Source: Oscillospiraceae bacterium (GTDB lineage Bacteria > Bacillota > Clostridia > Oscillospirales > Oscillospiraceae). From it: DNA of 64,000 nt. The translations under genes and the position numbers were made by a program. This document shows positions 30,247 through 39,386 of this stretch, one piece after another. The stretch is taken from NCBI GenBank assembly GCA_018385135.1, contig JAHAWY010000041.1:25-64024 (forward strand), written 5' to 3'. Under the pieces are notes generated by a model that was given only the letters and a program-made list of their open reading frames with translations, ran no database searches and was not told the DNA's origin. Every line of letters begins with the position of its first letter. Positions within the stretch are counted from its first letter, which is position 1.

Positions 30247-30878
30247 ACAACGATAAATGCTCCGCCGCCCCTATGGACGACGCGGCACAGGAAAAAACCG
30301 AAAGCACCTCAGCCTCCGAGCTTGAGACAACAGAATGTGACGCGGCAAAAAACGAAAAAGCCGGTAAATCCGAAAAGGCAAAAAAGAAAAAGTCCAAGGA
30401 CGATGCAGACCACAGCAGCGTTGCAGAGGCAATGACCAAGGAGGCATACAATCTCGCCTGCGAGCTAAAAGACGAGAAGGACAAATACCTCCGTCTCGCC
30501 GCTGAGTACGATAACTACCGCAAGCGCAGTCAAAAGGAACGCGAAAACATCTACGCGGACGTCCGCTCGGACACCGTTTTGAAATTCCTGCCCGTCTATG
30601 ACAACCTTGAGCGCGCGCTCAAGCAGGAAAGCGTTGACGAAGCCTACCGCAAGGGCGTTGAAATGACGATGAACCAGCTAAAGGACGTCATGGCTAAGCT
30701 CGGCGTAACCGAAATAGAAGCAGCCTCCGGCGCTGTTTTTGATCCCCAGCTTCACGACGCCGTTATGCATATCGAGGACAGCTCTCTCGGCGAGGGCGTC
30801 ATCGTTGAGGAATTTCAAAAGGGCTTCAAGCTTGGCGACAAGGTCATACGCTTCAGCGTAGTCAAGGTCGCAAACTAA
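30243..30878 (+). CDS. grpE: Nucleotide exchange factor GrpE
   Basis: YLRLAAEYDNYRKR coiled coil and a C-terminal beta domain. ATGA overlap with hrcA. Confidence 0.92.
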   Translation: MNNDKCSAAPMDDAAQEKTESTSASELETTECDAAKNEKAGKSEKAKKKKSKDDADHSSVAEAMTKEAYNLACELKDEKDKYLRLAAEYDNYRKRSQKERENIYADVRSDTVLKFLPVYDNLERALKQESVDEAYRKGVEMTMNQLKDVMAKLGVTEIEAASGAVFDPQLHDAVMHIEDSSLGEGVIVEEFQKGFKLGDKVIRFSVVKVAN

Positions 30879-30946
30879 GCCCGCACGCAACCGAAACACC
30901 AGCCAAATAACATTTATCAACCAAATATAACAGGAGGAACAATACA

Positions 30947-32794
30947 ATGGGTAAGATCATAGGTATAGATTTAGGAACAACCAATAGCTGCGTATCCGTT
31001 ATGGAAGGCGGCGAGGCTGTTGTTATCGCCAACGCTGAGGGCAACCGCACAACCCCCTCCGTCGTTGCCTTTTCCAAAACCGGAGAGCGCATGGTAGGTC
31101 AGGTCGCAAAGCGTCAGGCAGTAACCAACCCCGACCGCACCATCAGCTCCATTAAGCGTGAGATGGGCAGCAACTATAAGGTCACTATCGACGACAAGTC
31201 CTACACCCCGCAGGAGGTTTCCGCAATGATCCTGCAAAAGCTTAAGGCCGACGCTGAAGGCTACCTCGGAACAACCGTTTCCGAAGCCGTCATAACCGTT
31301 CCGGCATACTTCACCGATGCTCAGCGTCAGGCAACAAAGGACGCCGGCAAAATTGCGGGTCTTGACGTTAAGCGTATCATCAACGAGCCTACCGCCGCGG
31401 CTCTTGCCTACGGTGTTGACAAGGAAAGTGACCAGAAGATCATGGTCTATGACCTCGGCGGCGGCCCCTTCGACGTCTCCGTTCTCGAAATAGGCGACGG
31501 CGTTATTGAGGTTCTCGCAACCGCAGGCAACAACCGCCTCGGCGGTGACGACTTCGACGAGTGCATTACTAAGTATCTCGTTGAGGAGTTTAAAAAGGCA
31601 GAGGGCGTTGACCTCTCCGGCGACAAGGTTGCAATGCAGCGTCTGCGCGAGGCTGCCGAAAAAGCCAAGATCGAGCTTTCCGGCGTTACCACCTCCAACA
31701 TCAACCTTCCGTATATCACCGCTGACGCAACAGGTCCTAAGCACCTTGATGTTACCCTCACCAGAGCAAAGTTCAACGAGCTTACTCATCATCTGGTCGA
31801 AAAAACAATGGGACCTGTTAAGCAGGCGCTTTCCGACTCCGGTCTTTCCGCAAGCGATCTTTCCAAGGTTCTTTTGGTCGGCGGCTCAAGCCGTATCCCT
31901 GCCGTTCAGGAAGCTGTTAAGGGCATCACAGGCAAAGAGGGCTTCAAGGGCATCAATCCCGACGAGTGCGTTGCAATGGGCGCTGCAATCCAGGGCGGCG
32001 TTCTCGGCGGCGATGTTGAGGGCATCCTGCTTCTCGACGTAACCCCGCTGTCTCTCGGCATTGAGACTCTCGGCGGCGTATGCACAAAGCTCATCGAGCG
32101 CAACACCACCATCCCCACCAAGAAGTCTCAGATCTTCTCCACCGCCGCCGATAACCAGACCAGCGTTGAGATCAACGTTCTTCAGGGCGAGCGCGAAATG
32201 GCTCAGTACAACAAATCTCTCGGTCGCTTCCATCTTGACGGCATAGCACCCGCACGCCGTGGCGTTCCTCAGATCGAAGTCACCTTTGACATCGACGCAA
32301 ACGGTATCGTTAACGTCTCCGCCAAGGATATGGGCACAGGCAAGGAGCAGCACATAACCATAACCGCCTCCTCCAACCTCTCAAAGGACGACATCGAAAA
32401 GGCAATCAAGGAAGCCGAGCAGTATGCCGCTGAGGACGCAAAGCGTAAGGAAGAGGTTGACGTACGCAACAACGGCGACCAGATGGTATATCAGACCGAA
32501 AAGACCCTCTCGGAAATGGGCGACAAGATCGATCCCGCTGACAAAACCGAAATCGAGGGCGCTCTCGGCAAACTGAAATCCGCTCTTTCCGGCAGTGACA
32601 CCGAAGCAATCAAAACCGCTACCGAGGAGCTTACTCAGGTATTCTACAAGGTTTCCGAAAAGCTCTATGCCAACGCCGCTCCTGAGGGTGGCTGCGGTGA
32701 CCCCAACTGCGGCGGCGACTGCGGACACGAGGGCGGTCAGAGCGGTCAGTATTATGACGCGGACTACCAGGTCGTTGACGACGACAAGAAGTAA
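30947..32794 (+). CDS. dnaK: Molecular chaperone DnaK (Hsp70)
   Basis: [29 protein letters not shown] and [17 protein letters not shown]. Note [10 protein letters not shown] and a Cys-rich tail (see findings). Confidence 0.95.
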   Translation: MGKIIGIDLGTTNSCVSVMEGGEAVVIANAEGNRTTPSVVAFSKTGERMVGQVAKRQAVTNPDRTISSIKREMGSNYKVTIDDKSYTPQEVSAMILQKLKADAEGYLGTTVSEAVITVPAYFTDAQRQATKDAGKIAGLDVKRIINEPTAAALAYGVDKESDQKIMVYDLGGGPFDVSVLEIGDGVIEVLATAGNNRLGGDDFDECITKYLVEEFKKAEGVDLSGDKVAMQRLREAAEKAKIELSGVTTSNINLPYITADATGPKHLDVTLTRAKFNELTHHLVEKTMGPVKQALSDSGLSASDLSKVLLVGGSSRIPAVQEAVKGITGKEGFKGINPDECVAMGAAIQGGVLGGDVEGILLLDVTPLSLGIETLGGVCTKLIERNTTIPTKKSQIFSTAADNQTSVEINVLQGEREMAQYNKSLGRFHLDGIAPARRGVPQIEVTFDIDANGIVNVSAKDMGTGKEQHITITASSNLSKDDIEKAIKEAEQYAAEDAKRKEEVDVRNNGDQMVYQTEKTLSEMGDKIDPADKTEIEGALGKLKSALSGSDTEAIKTATEELTQVFYKVSEKLYANAAPEGGCGDPNCGGDCGHEGGQSGQYYDADYQVVDDDKK

Positions 32795-32880
32795 TTCAGC
32801 GGCATATCCCAAGCCATCAAATAAGCCTATGGGCGGGTTTTATTACCCGCCCGTAACGGCGTTATTCGAGAGGAAAACAT

Positions 32881-34014
32881 ATGGCAGCAGAAAAACGTGA
32901 TTATTATGAGGTGCTGGGTATAGAAAAGGGCGCGAGCGATGCCGACATTAAAAAGGCATACCGTCGCTTGGCAAAGGAAAACCACCCCGATCTGCACCCC
33001 GGCGACGCCGAATGCGAGGCGCGCTTCAAGGAAATAGGCGAAGCTTATGCGGTACTGTCCGACGCCGACAAGCGCTCAAAATATGACCAGTTTGGTCATG
33101 CCGCCTTTGACCCAAGCATGGGCGGCGGCTTTGACTTCACCGGTGACCTCGGAGACATTTTCGGCGATATATTTGGCGGTATGTTCGGAGGCGGACGTCA
33201 AAGACGCCCCGATGGTCCTACACGCGGCGAAAACCTGCGTATTAGCATAGCCGTAACCTTTGAGGAGGCTGCATTCGGCTGCGACAAGGAGCTTAGCGTT
33301 GCCCGCGTTGAGGACTGTCCGGACTGCAAGGGCAGCGGCTGTGCCGCGGGCACTACCGCCGAGGTCTGCCAGCAGTGCGGCGGCAGCGGCATGGTTCGCC
33401 AGCAGCAGCGCTCGCCCTTCGGCATCGTCTCAACGACCGGTCCTTGTCCGGGCTGCAAGGGCAAAGGCAAAATCATCCATCAGCCCTGCGGAACCTGTCA
33501 TGGTCAAGGCTCGGTGCGCAAGCAGCGCAAAATTTCCGCCAGCATACCCGCAGGAATAGATGACGGGCAAACCGTTTGTCTCAAGGGTCTTGGACACGCA
33601 GGCAAAAACGGCGGTCCTGTCGGCGATCTGCTTGTTACGGTGCGCGTTAATCCTCACCCTTTGTTCAAGCGCGAAGGCACCTCCGTGCTTTATGAATTGC
33701 CGCTCTCCTTTGTTCAGGCGGCGCTCGGTGCAGAGCTTGAAGTTCCCACTATCGACGGCAAGGTCAAATACACTATCCCCGAGGGTACGCAAACCGGCAC
33801 GGTTTTCAGACTCAAGGGCAAAGGCATACCTCACATAAGAAGCAAAAACGTGCGCGGCGACCAGTTCGTAACGGTCAAGGTCGTTACCCCGGAAAACCTC
33901 GGTGAAGCGCAAAAGCAGCTTTTGCGCGAGTTTGCAAGAGCGACCGGCGAGACGATAAGCGCCCCCACCGGTGCTGCCGACTCAAAGCCCGAAAAGAAAA
34001 AGCATAAAAAGTAA
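32881..34014 (+). CDS. dnaJ: Co-chaperone DnaJ
   Basis: J domain with HPD, G/F region and four CxxCxGxG repeats. Confidence 0.95.
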   Translation: MAAEKRDYYEVLGIEKGASDADIKKAYRRLAKENHPDLHPGDAECEARFKEIGEAYAVLSDADKRSKYDQFGHAAFDPSMGGGFDFTGDLGDIFGDIFGGMFGGGRQRRPDGPTRGENLRISIAVTFEEAAFGCDKELSVARVEDCPDCKGSGCAAGTTAEVCQQCGGSGMVRQQQRSPFGIVSTTGPCPGCKGKGKIIHQPCGTCHGQGSVRKQRKISASIPAGIDDGQTVCLKGLGHAGKNGGPVGDLLVTVRVNPHPLFKREGTSVLYELPLSFVQAALGAELEVPTIDGKVKYTIPEGTQTGTVFRLKGKGIPHIRSKNVRGDQFVTVKVVTPENLGEAQKQLLREFARATGETISAPTGAADSKPEKKKHKK

Positions 34015-34088
34015 ATAGGCTTATTTTATCCTAGTCACTCTTTCGGTGACTGCGGTTAAAATATATCTCCTCGCATCTTTGAAAAGAC

Positions 34089-34127
34089 GGAACAAGGGCG
34101 GCATTTATAAATGCCGCCCTTGTTTCC
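34089..34127 (+). terminator. Terminator of the hrcA-grpE-dnaK-dnaJ operon
   Basis: ggaacaagggcggcat / atgccgcccttgtttcc long stem with a modest T tail. Confidence 0.6.
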
Positions 34128-34249
34128 ATATTGCAAGGCAGATATCCCGCAAAGCCGGCTAAACGCTCTCGCTCAAGGCGCATATGCCGGTTTTGCTGAC
34201 AGTCTTTGAGCGGAAATACCTTCCTTATACTAAAAACACGGCTCCCCGA

Positions 34250-34278
34250 TTGACATTGTCGAATTATGTAAATATAAT
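34250..34278 (+). promoter_or_regulatory. Sigma-A promoter of the threonine aldolase-like gene
   Basis: TTGACA (34250-34255), 17 nt, TATAAT (34273-34278). Confidence 0.6.
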
Positions 34279-34341
34279 GAAGCAGTATGGAAAGACGGCA
34301 ATTTTAGGCTCGTTTTTAAATAATCCGGGAGGGCGAGAAAC

Positions 34342-35397
34342 TTGATAAGATTTGAATGTGATTACGCTGAAGGCGCGCATCCGCGCATACTTGAGGCGAT
34401 GATGAAAACCAACCGAGAGCAGACTCCCGGCTATGGCGAGGACGATTTCTGCGCCAAAGCGCGGCGTATAATCTGCAGAGCCTGCGGGAACGATAAAATG
34501 GACGTTCACTTTCTGGTCGGCGGAACTCAGGCAAACACCACGGTGATTGCCTCCATTCTTCGCCCGCATCAGGCAGTCGTATCCGCCTCCAGCGGTCATA
34601 TTGCCGGTCATGAAACCGGGGCTATCGAGGCGACCGGTCACAAGGTGATTACAATTCCTGCCGAGAATGGAAAAATAAACGCAAAGCAGGTCCGCAAGGT
34701 GCTCACCGACCATTGGAGCGACTCAAGCCACGAGCATATGCCGCAGCCGGCAATGGTATATATCTCCCAGCCCACCGAAACAGGCACGCTCTATTCCCGC
34801 CGCGAGCTTACGGAGCTTTCGGCTCTCTGCCGCGAGTACGGCATCCCTCTCTTTCTTGACGGAGCGCGTCTGGGCTACGCTCTCGCTTCGCCGGAAAACG
34901 ATGTTTTCATGGCGGATCTTGCGCAGCTTTGCGACGTTTTCTACATCGGCGGCACCAAGGTCGGCGCAATGTTCGGCGAAGCGGTATGTATCGTAAACAG
35001 TAAATATAAGGAAGATTTTCGCTATCATATCAAGCAACACGGCGGTATGCTCGCCAAGGGTCGCTTTCTCGGAATTCAGTTTGAAACGCTTTTCCGTGAC
35101 GGGCTGTATCTTGAGATAAGCAAACACGCCATCGAACAGGCGATGCGCATAAAGGAGGCTTTCACGGAGGGCGGCTGCGAGTTTTTGTTCGACTCGCCTA
35201 CAAACCAGCAGTTTCCAATATTAAACCGCATGGTCTTTACCGAGCTTGCAAAGCGCTATACCTTTACCACATGGGAAAAGCTCCCGGGCGAGCGAACGGC
35301 GGTTCGCTTCGTAACAAGCTGGGCAACGCGCCCGGAGCACGTTGACGCTCTCATTGAGGATGTTAAGCGCCTTCTGATGCTGTATGGAGACAGATAG
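34342..35397 (+). CDS. Low-specificity threonine aldolase-like PLP enzyme (beta-eliminating lyase family)
   Basis: The IRFECDYAEGAHPRILEAM start and VGGTQANTTVIAS resemble LtaE-type aldolases. TTG start after a GGGAGGG RBS. Confidence 0.75.
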   Translation: MIRFECDYAEGAHPRILEAMMKTNREQTPGYGEDDFCAKARRIICRACGNDKMDVHFLVGGTQANTTVIASILRPHQAVVSASSGHIAGHETGAIEATGHKVITIPAENGKINAKQVRKVLTDHWSDSSHEHMPQPAMVYISQPTETGTLYSRRELTELSALCREYGIPLFLDGARLGYALASPENDVFMADLAQLCDVFYIGGTKVGAMFGEAVCIVNSKYKEDFRYHIKQHGGMLAKGRFLGIQFETLFRDGLYLEISKHAIEQAMRIKEAFTEGGCEFLFDSPTNQQFPILNRMVFTELAKRYTFTTWEKLPGERTAVRFVTSWATRPEHVDALIEDVKRLLMLYGDR

Positions 35398-35673
35398 CGC
35401 TGCCGCCGCAAAAAAACGCGGCGTGCCAAAAGCACGCCGCCAAACAGGGTCGTGGGATAAAGATATGAGCCCGGTGCGCAAAGCACACCATTGGATAAGC
35501 TGTGCTTAAAACATACTCCTTTTTATTCCTGTTGTCCATAGCGAAAGAGCACTACTTTTGTCGAATGATACTTTTTTAGTTTTTTTTGCCGTCATCGTAT
35601 CCTGGCAGATGAATAACGTGAAAAAAGCTGCATAAGCTAACTACGAAACCAATCAAAAGGAGCTTATGCTAAT

Positions 35674-35892
35674 ATGATGATAATCGACAAAATCGCTCTC
35701 ATTCTCAATATAATCGGCGGCATAAACTGGGGTCTGATCGGTCTTTTCCGCTTTGACCTAGTCGCCTTTATCTGCGGCGGTCAAACATCCACGCTAAGCC
35801 GCATCATCTACACTCTCGTCGCTCTATCCGCACTTTGGTGCATCACACTTCTGTTTCATGGACGAGCAGACGACAGCGAAGACGACGTATAA
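35674..35892 (+). CDS. DUF378-family small membrane protein
   Basis: IALILNIIGGINWGLIGLFRFDLVAFI is the characteristic DUF378 signature. Confidence 0.8.
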   Translation: MMIIDKIALILNIIGGINWGLIGLFRFDLVAFICGGQTSTLSRIIYTLVALSALWCITLLFHGRADDSEDDV

Positions 35893-35903
35893 CAGAAACA
35901 CGC

Positions 35904-35936
35904 AAAAAAGCCGCGCCGATCGCGCGGCTTTTTTGC
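35904..35936 (+). terminator. Intrinsic terminator after the DUF378 gene
   Basis: aaaaaagccgcgc-cgat-cgcgcggctttttt. Confidence 0.75.
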
Positions 35937-36031
35937 GTCTGTTCCCTTTTCGGCAGGATGCGCACCGCGCAGGGTGTAAAATTGCGATAATAGCGCAATG
36001 AGCGCAAATTTACCGCAAAGGAGAGGACAAA

Positions 36032-36850
36032 ATGCCCGTCCTAAAGAAAAGTGAGCGCCTGTTTCGAGGAAAGCTGAGCACCCTCAGCGTTGACGAGATA
36101 GAACCAAACCCCTCTCAGCCGCGCAAGCGCTTCTCGCCCAACTCCCTGCGAGAGCTTGCCGACAGCATCGCCATGCACGGCGTACTAAACCCTCTGACCG
36201 TTCGGCACAGCGGCGGTCATTATGAGCTTGTGGCGGGCGAACGTCGCCTGCGAGCGGCAAGACTGGCGGGTCTGCGCGAGGTTCCCTGCATGATACTAGA
36301 CGTTAACACCGAGGAGTCTACGCTGCTTGCGCTGGTGGAAAACATCCAGCGCCGCGACCTTGATTTCATTGAGGAGGCAGAGGGAATTTTTCAACTGATA
36401 AAGCTCTATGGCATGAGTCAGGAGGAGGCGGCGCGCCGCCTAGGCAAATCGCAGCCGGCAATTGCAAACAAGCTTCGCCTTTTAAAGCTCCCGCCCGATG
36501 TTTTGGACATACTGCGCGAGGAGGAGCTTACCGAGCGCCACGGCAGAGCGCTGCTCCGGCTTGAAGACCCGGAAATGCAGCTAAACGCCGCGCGCTTCAT
36601 TGCCCGCCAGCAAATGAACGTAGCCGCCGCCGAGGCATATGTTGAAGCGCTTCTGAATTCACCCGAGCAAGAGGCGGAGCAAGGCGGCAAGCGCAGAACA
36701 CTTTTCGTTCTCAAGGACGTTCGTGTCTTTCTGAACAGTCTTTCCCGAAGCCTGGATTTGATGAAGCAGGGCGGTATAGATGCGGGACTCGAAAAGCACG
36801 AGACGGACACTGAGCTGGTGCTAACCATCAGCATTCCCAAGCAGCACTAA
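36032..36850 (+). CDS. ParB-family protein of the nucleoid-occlusion (Noc) type
   Basis: It has the ParB N-domain with GERRLRAA (CTP-binding motif) and the HTH QPAIANKLRLLKLP...LTERHGRAL. The C-terminus KDVRVFLNSLSRSLDLMKQGGID...LTISIPK is collinear with B. subtilis Noc as I recall it. No adjacent parA. Confidence 0.75.
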   Translation: MPVLKKSERLFRGKLSTLSVDEIEPNPSQPRKRFSPNSLRELADSIAMHGVLNPLTVRHSGGHYELVAGERRLRAARLAGLREVPCMILDVNTEESTLLALVENIQRRDLDFIEEAEGIFQLIKLYGMSQEEAARRLGKSQPAIANKLRLLKLPPDVLDILREEELTERHGRALLRLEDPEMQLNAARFIARQQMNVAAAEAYVEALLNSPEQEAEQGGKRRTLFVLKDVRVFLNSLSRSLDLMKQGGIDAGLEKHETDTELVLTISIPKQH

Positions 36851-37128
36851 ATAGCTTTCTTCTTCCGGTATAGATTCGTCAAAAGCCCAAGTTAAACAAA
36901 TCAAAACAACAAATCTTGTGTAGTATTACATAGAGCCGCACAATATATCTATATATTAACAAAAAGCACAGAATTTTGACAAAACTGTTAACGAGGACAC
37001 TAAAACTTTGTGGTTTTTTATTTATTATTGGATATTGTTAAAAACGTTTCAATAAGGTACACTGAATATGCAAACGGATAGCACGGCAAATGCGTTTCCG
37101 TTTCCATTCTTTTTAAGGGGTGATTGAC

Positions 37129-37698
37129 GTGCAGCTTCTTGAGAGCCGTATCATTCGTGACGGAAAGGTCAAAGACGGCAGCATTCTCAAGGTAGACAGC
37201 TTCCTCAACCACCAGATGGACATAGAGCTTTTCGGCGAAATGGCAAAGGAGTTTTATAGCCTTTTTGCCTCCGAAAATGTCAACAAAATTCTTACAATAG
37301 AAGCTTCCGGGATAGGTATAGCCTGCATAACAGCTCAGGCTTTTCACTGTCCCGTTATTTTTGCGAAAAAAACCAAAACCAAAAACATCGCGGGCGATGT
37401 TTTCACCGCGAAGGTCGAAAGCTTTACCCACGGCGTAACCTACGATGTCGTAGTTTCAAAAGAATTTCTCTCCCCCGATGACCGTGTTCTGATAATAGAT
37501 GACTTTCTCGCAAACGGCGCGGCGCTTTCCGGTCTTGCTTCAATAGTTAAAGACTCCGGAGCAACGCTCGTCGGCGCGGGCATCGCAATCGAAAAGGCGT
37601 TTCAGCCCGGCGGTCAAATGCTCCGAGAAAAGGGAATGCGAATCGAGTCTCTAGCCCGCATCAAAGGCATGAGTGAAAACGGCGTGGAGTTTTGCTAA
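37129..37698 (+). CDS. xpt: Xanthine phosphoribosyltransferase
   Basis: The QLLESRIIRDGKV...ILKVDSFLNHQMD start is typical of Xpt, with PRPP motif VLIIDDFLANGAA. GTG at 37129 is preferred over 37120 because of the AAGGGG RBS spacing. Confidence 0.9.
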   Translation: MQLLESRIIRDGKVKDGSILKVDSFLNHQMDIELFGEMAKEFYSLFASENVNKILTIEASGIGIACITAQAFHCPVIFAKKTKTKNIAGDVFTAKVESFTHGVTYDVVVSKEFLSPDDRVLIIDDFLANGAALSGLASIVKDSGATLVGAGIAIEKAFQPGGQMLREKGMRIESLARIKGMSENGVEFC

Positions 37699-37717
37699 GC
37701 AAAAACAATTAAACATT

Positions 37718-37855
37718 TCGGTATATATCAAATGATAAGGTTTTGAAGTCTCTACCCGGTCGCCGTAAATGACCGGACTACCGATGCGGCGCATTGGCGG
37801 CAGCAGCCGTCGAAAAATGCCGTATTGCGGGGACTGAAGCTTCAGTCCCTTTTTT
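37718..37855 (+). promoter_or_regulatory. Purine riboswitch (guanine class, C74) with intrinsic terminator
   Basis: P1 is tcggta/taccga. J1-2 is UAUAUC, the L2 region is AUAAGG and J2-3 is AAGUCUCUACC. P3 is ccggtc/gaccgg with L3 GCCGUAAAU. J3-1 is ACU, where C specifies guanine. The terminator is ggggactgaag/cttcagtccc plus T6 (37829-37855). Confidence 0.88.
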
Positions 37856-37919
37856 GGCTCTATTTTGCATGAGCAAATTTGCACATAGAGAATGTATTTT
37901 AAAAAACGGAGGAAAGAAA

Positions 37920-39209
37920 ATGAAAAAGTTTTTGGCAATCGTCCTTGCGCTTACCATGGTGCTCGCGCTCGCAGCCTGCGGTGCAAACACCGAAAAGCAG
38001 CCCTCTGCCGATAACGGCGACGCTCCCGTCGATGCCGCCGGTATGGCAGACCTCAAGGTTGGTTTCATCTTCCTGCACGATGAAAACTCCACCTACGACC
38101 TTAACTTCCTCAATGCGGCTAAAGCTTGCTGCGCAGCTCTCGGTCTTAACGAGGATCAGTTCATTTTCAGAACCAACATTCCCGAAGGTCAGGAATGCTA
38201 CGAAGCCGCCGCTGACCTCGCTGACGCAGGCTGCTCCATCATCTTCGCAGACAGCTTCGGTCACGAGGACTACATGATCCAGGCAGCAAAGGAATTCCCC
38301 GAGGTTCAGTTCTGCCATGCAACCGGCACCAAGGCTCACACCGAAGGTCTTGACAACTATCACAACGCTTTTGCCTCCATCTATGAGGGTCGTTACCTTG
38401 CAGGTATCGCCGCAGGCATGAAGCTCAACGAAATGATCGAAAACGGCGAATTCACCGCTGAAGAAGCAAAGATCGGCTATGTCGGCGCTTACACCTACGC
38501 AGAGGTTATCTCCGGCTACACCTCCTTCTTCCTCGGCGCACGCTCCGTCTGCCCCACCGCCACCATGGAAGTAACCTTCACCGGCTCCTGGTATGACGAG
38601 ACCGCGGAGAAGGAAGCTGCCAACAAGCTCATCGCAAACGGCTGCAAGCTTATCAGCCAGCACGCCGACTCCATGGGCGCTCCCACTGCCTGCGAGACCG
38701 CCGGCGTTCCCAATGTCTCCTACAACGGCAGCACCGTTTCCGCTTGCCCCAACACTTTCATCGTATCCTCCAGAATTGACTGGGCTCCCTACTATGAATA
38801 TGTAATCAAAGCTGTTGCCGCCGGTGAAGCTATTGACGCTGACTGGACAGGCACTCTCGCAACCGGTTCTGTTGTTCTCACCGAGATCAACGAGGCTGCT
38901 GCCGCTGCCGGCACCGCCGAGGCTATCGAGGCTGCAAAGGCAGAGCTTGAAGCAGGCACTCTCCACGTTTTCGATACCGCAAACTTCACTGTTTCCGTTA
39001 TCGACGCCGAGAACTTCGTTAACGCCAACGCCACCACCGACGCTGACAATCGCCTCACCTCCTATATGGCTGATGTTGACACCGATCCTGCTTACACCGG
39101 CGACACCGAAGCTGTTGTTGACGGTCACTTCAGCGAATCCGCTTTCCGTTCTGCTCCTTATTTTGACCTGCAGATTGACGGCATAACCCTTCTTGACACC
39201 AAGCTTTAA
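37920..39209 (+). CDS. BMP-family (nucleoside/purine) ABC transporter substrate-binding lipoprotein
   Basis: Lipobox LALAACG. VGFIFLHDENSTYD...IGYVGAYTYAEVISGY is typical of the BMP/PnrA family. Trimmed to the ATG at 37920. Confidence 0.85.
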   Translation: MKKFLAIVLALTMVLALAACGANTEKQPSADNGDAPVDAAGMADLKVGFIFLHDENSTYDLNFLNAAKACCAALGLNEDQFIFRTNIPEGQECYEAAADLADAGCSIIFADSFGHEDYMIQAAKEFPEVQFCHATGTKAHTEGLDNYHNAFASIYEGRYLAGIAAGMKLNEMIENGEFTAEEAKIGYVGAYTYAEVISGYTSFFLGARSVCPTATMEVTFTGSWYDETAEKEAANKLIANGCKLISQHADSMGAPTACETAGVPNVSYNGSTVSACPNTFIVSSRIDWAPYYEYVIKAVAAGEAIDADWTGTLATGSVVLTEINEAAAAAGTAEAIEAAKAELEAGTLHVFDTANFTVSVIDAENFVNANATTDADNRLTSYMADVDTDPAYTGDTEAVVDGHFSESAFRSAPYFDLQIDGITLLDTKL

Positions 39210-39386
39210 TTAACCTGCAATAAGGGAAGCCTCGGCAGCAGTCGGGGCTTCCCCATTCTGCCGTAAAGGGCAGCACGGAGACTTATGCCGCCGCGTTGCC
39301 CTTTGCGGCACGAGCTGTTTTTATACATATTAGAAAAGCGCGGAAAAGCCCGCTGATTGCTTTTCCCATTGAAAGGAGTGTCCCCC

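Noticed and set aside
35256-35486. Minus-strand ORFs (76-86 aa, plus a roughly 58-aa ATG ORF) overlapping the 3-prime end of the aldolase-like gene.
   Set aside because: They are mostly antisense to a well-supported CDS, lack a convincing RBS and have no recognisable motifs. The region is kept only as the possible-transcript observation reported in the findings.
36990-37119. An expected purine riboswitch directly upstream of xpt.
   Set aside because: No UAUAAUC / AUAUGG / GUUUCUACC / CCGUAAAU blocks are present. There is only a short hairpin (aaacgga/tccgttt) followed by tcttttt. The real aptamer is downstream of xpt, at 37718.
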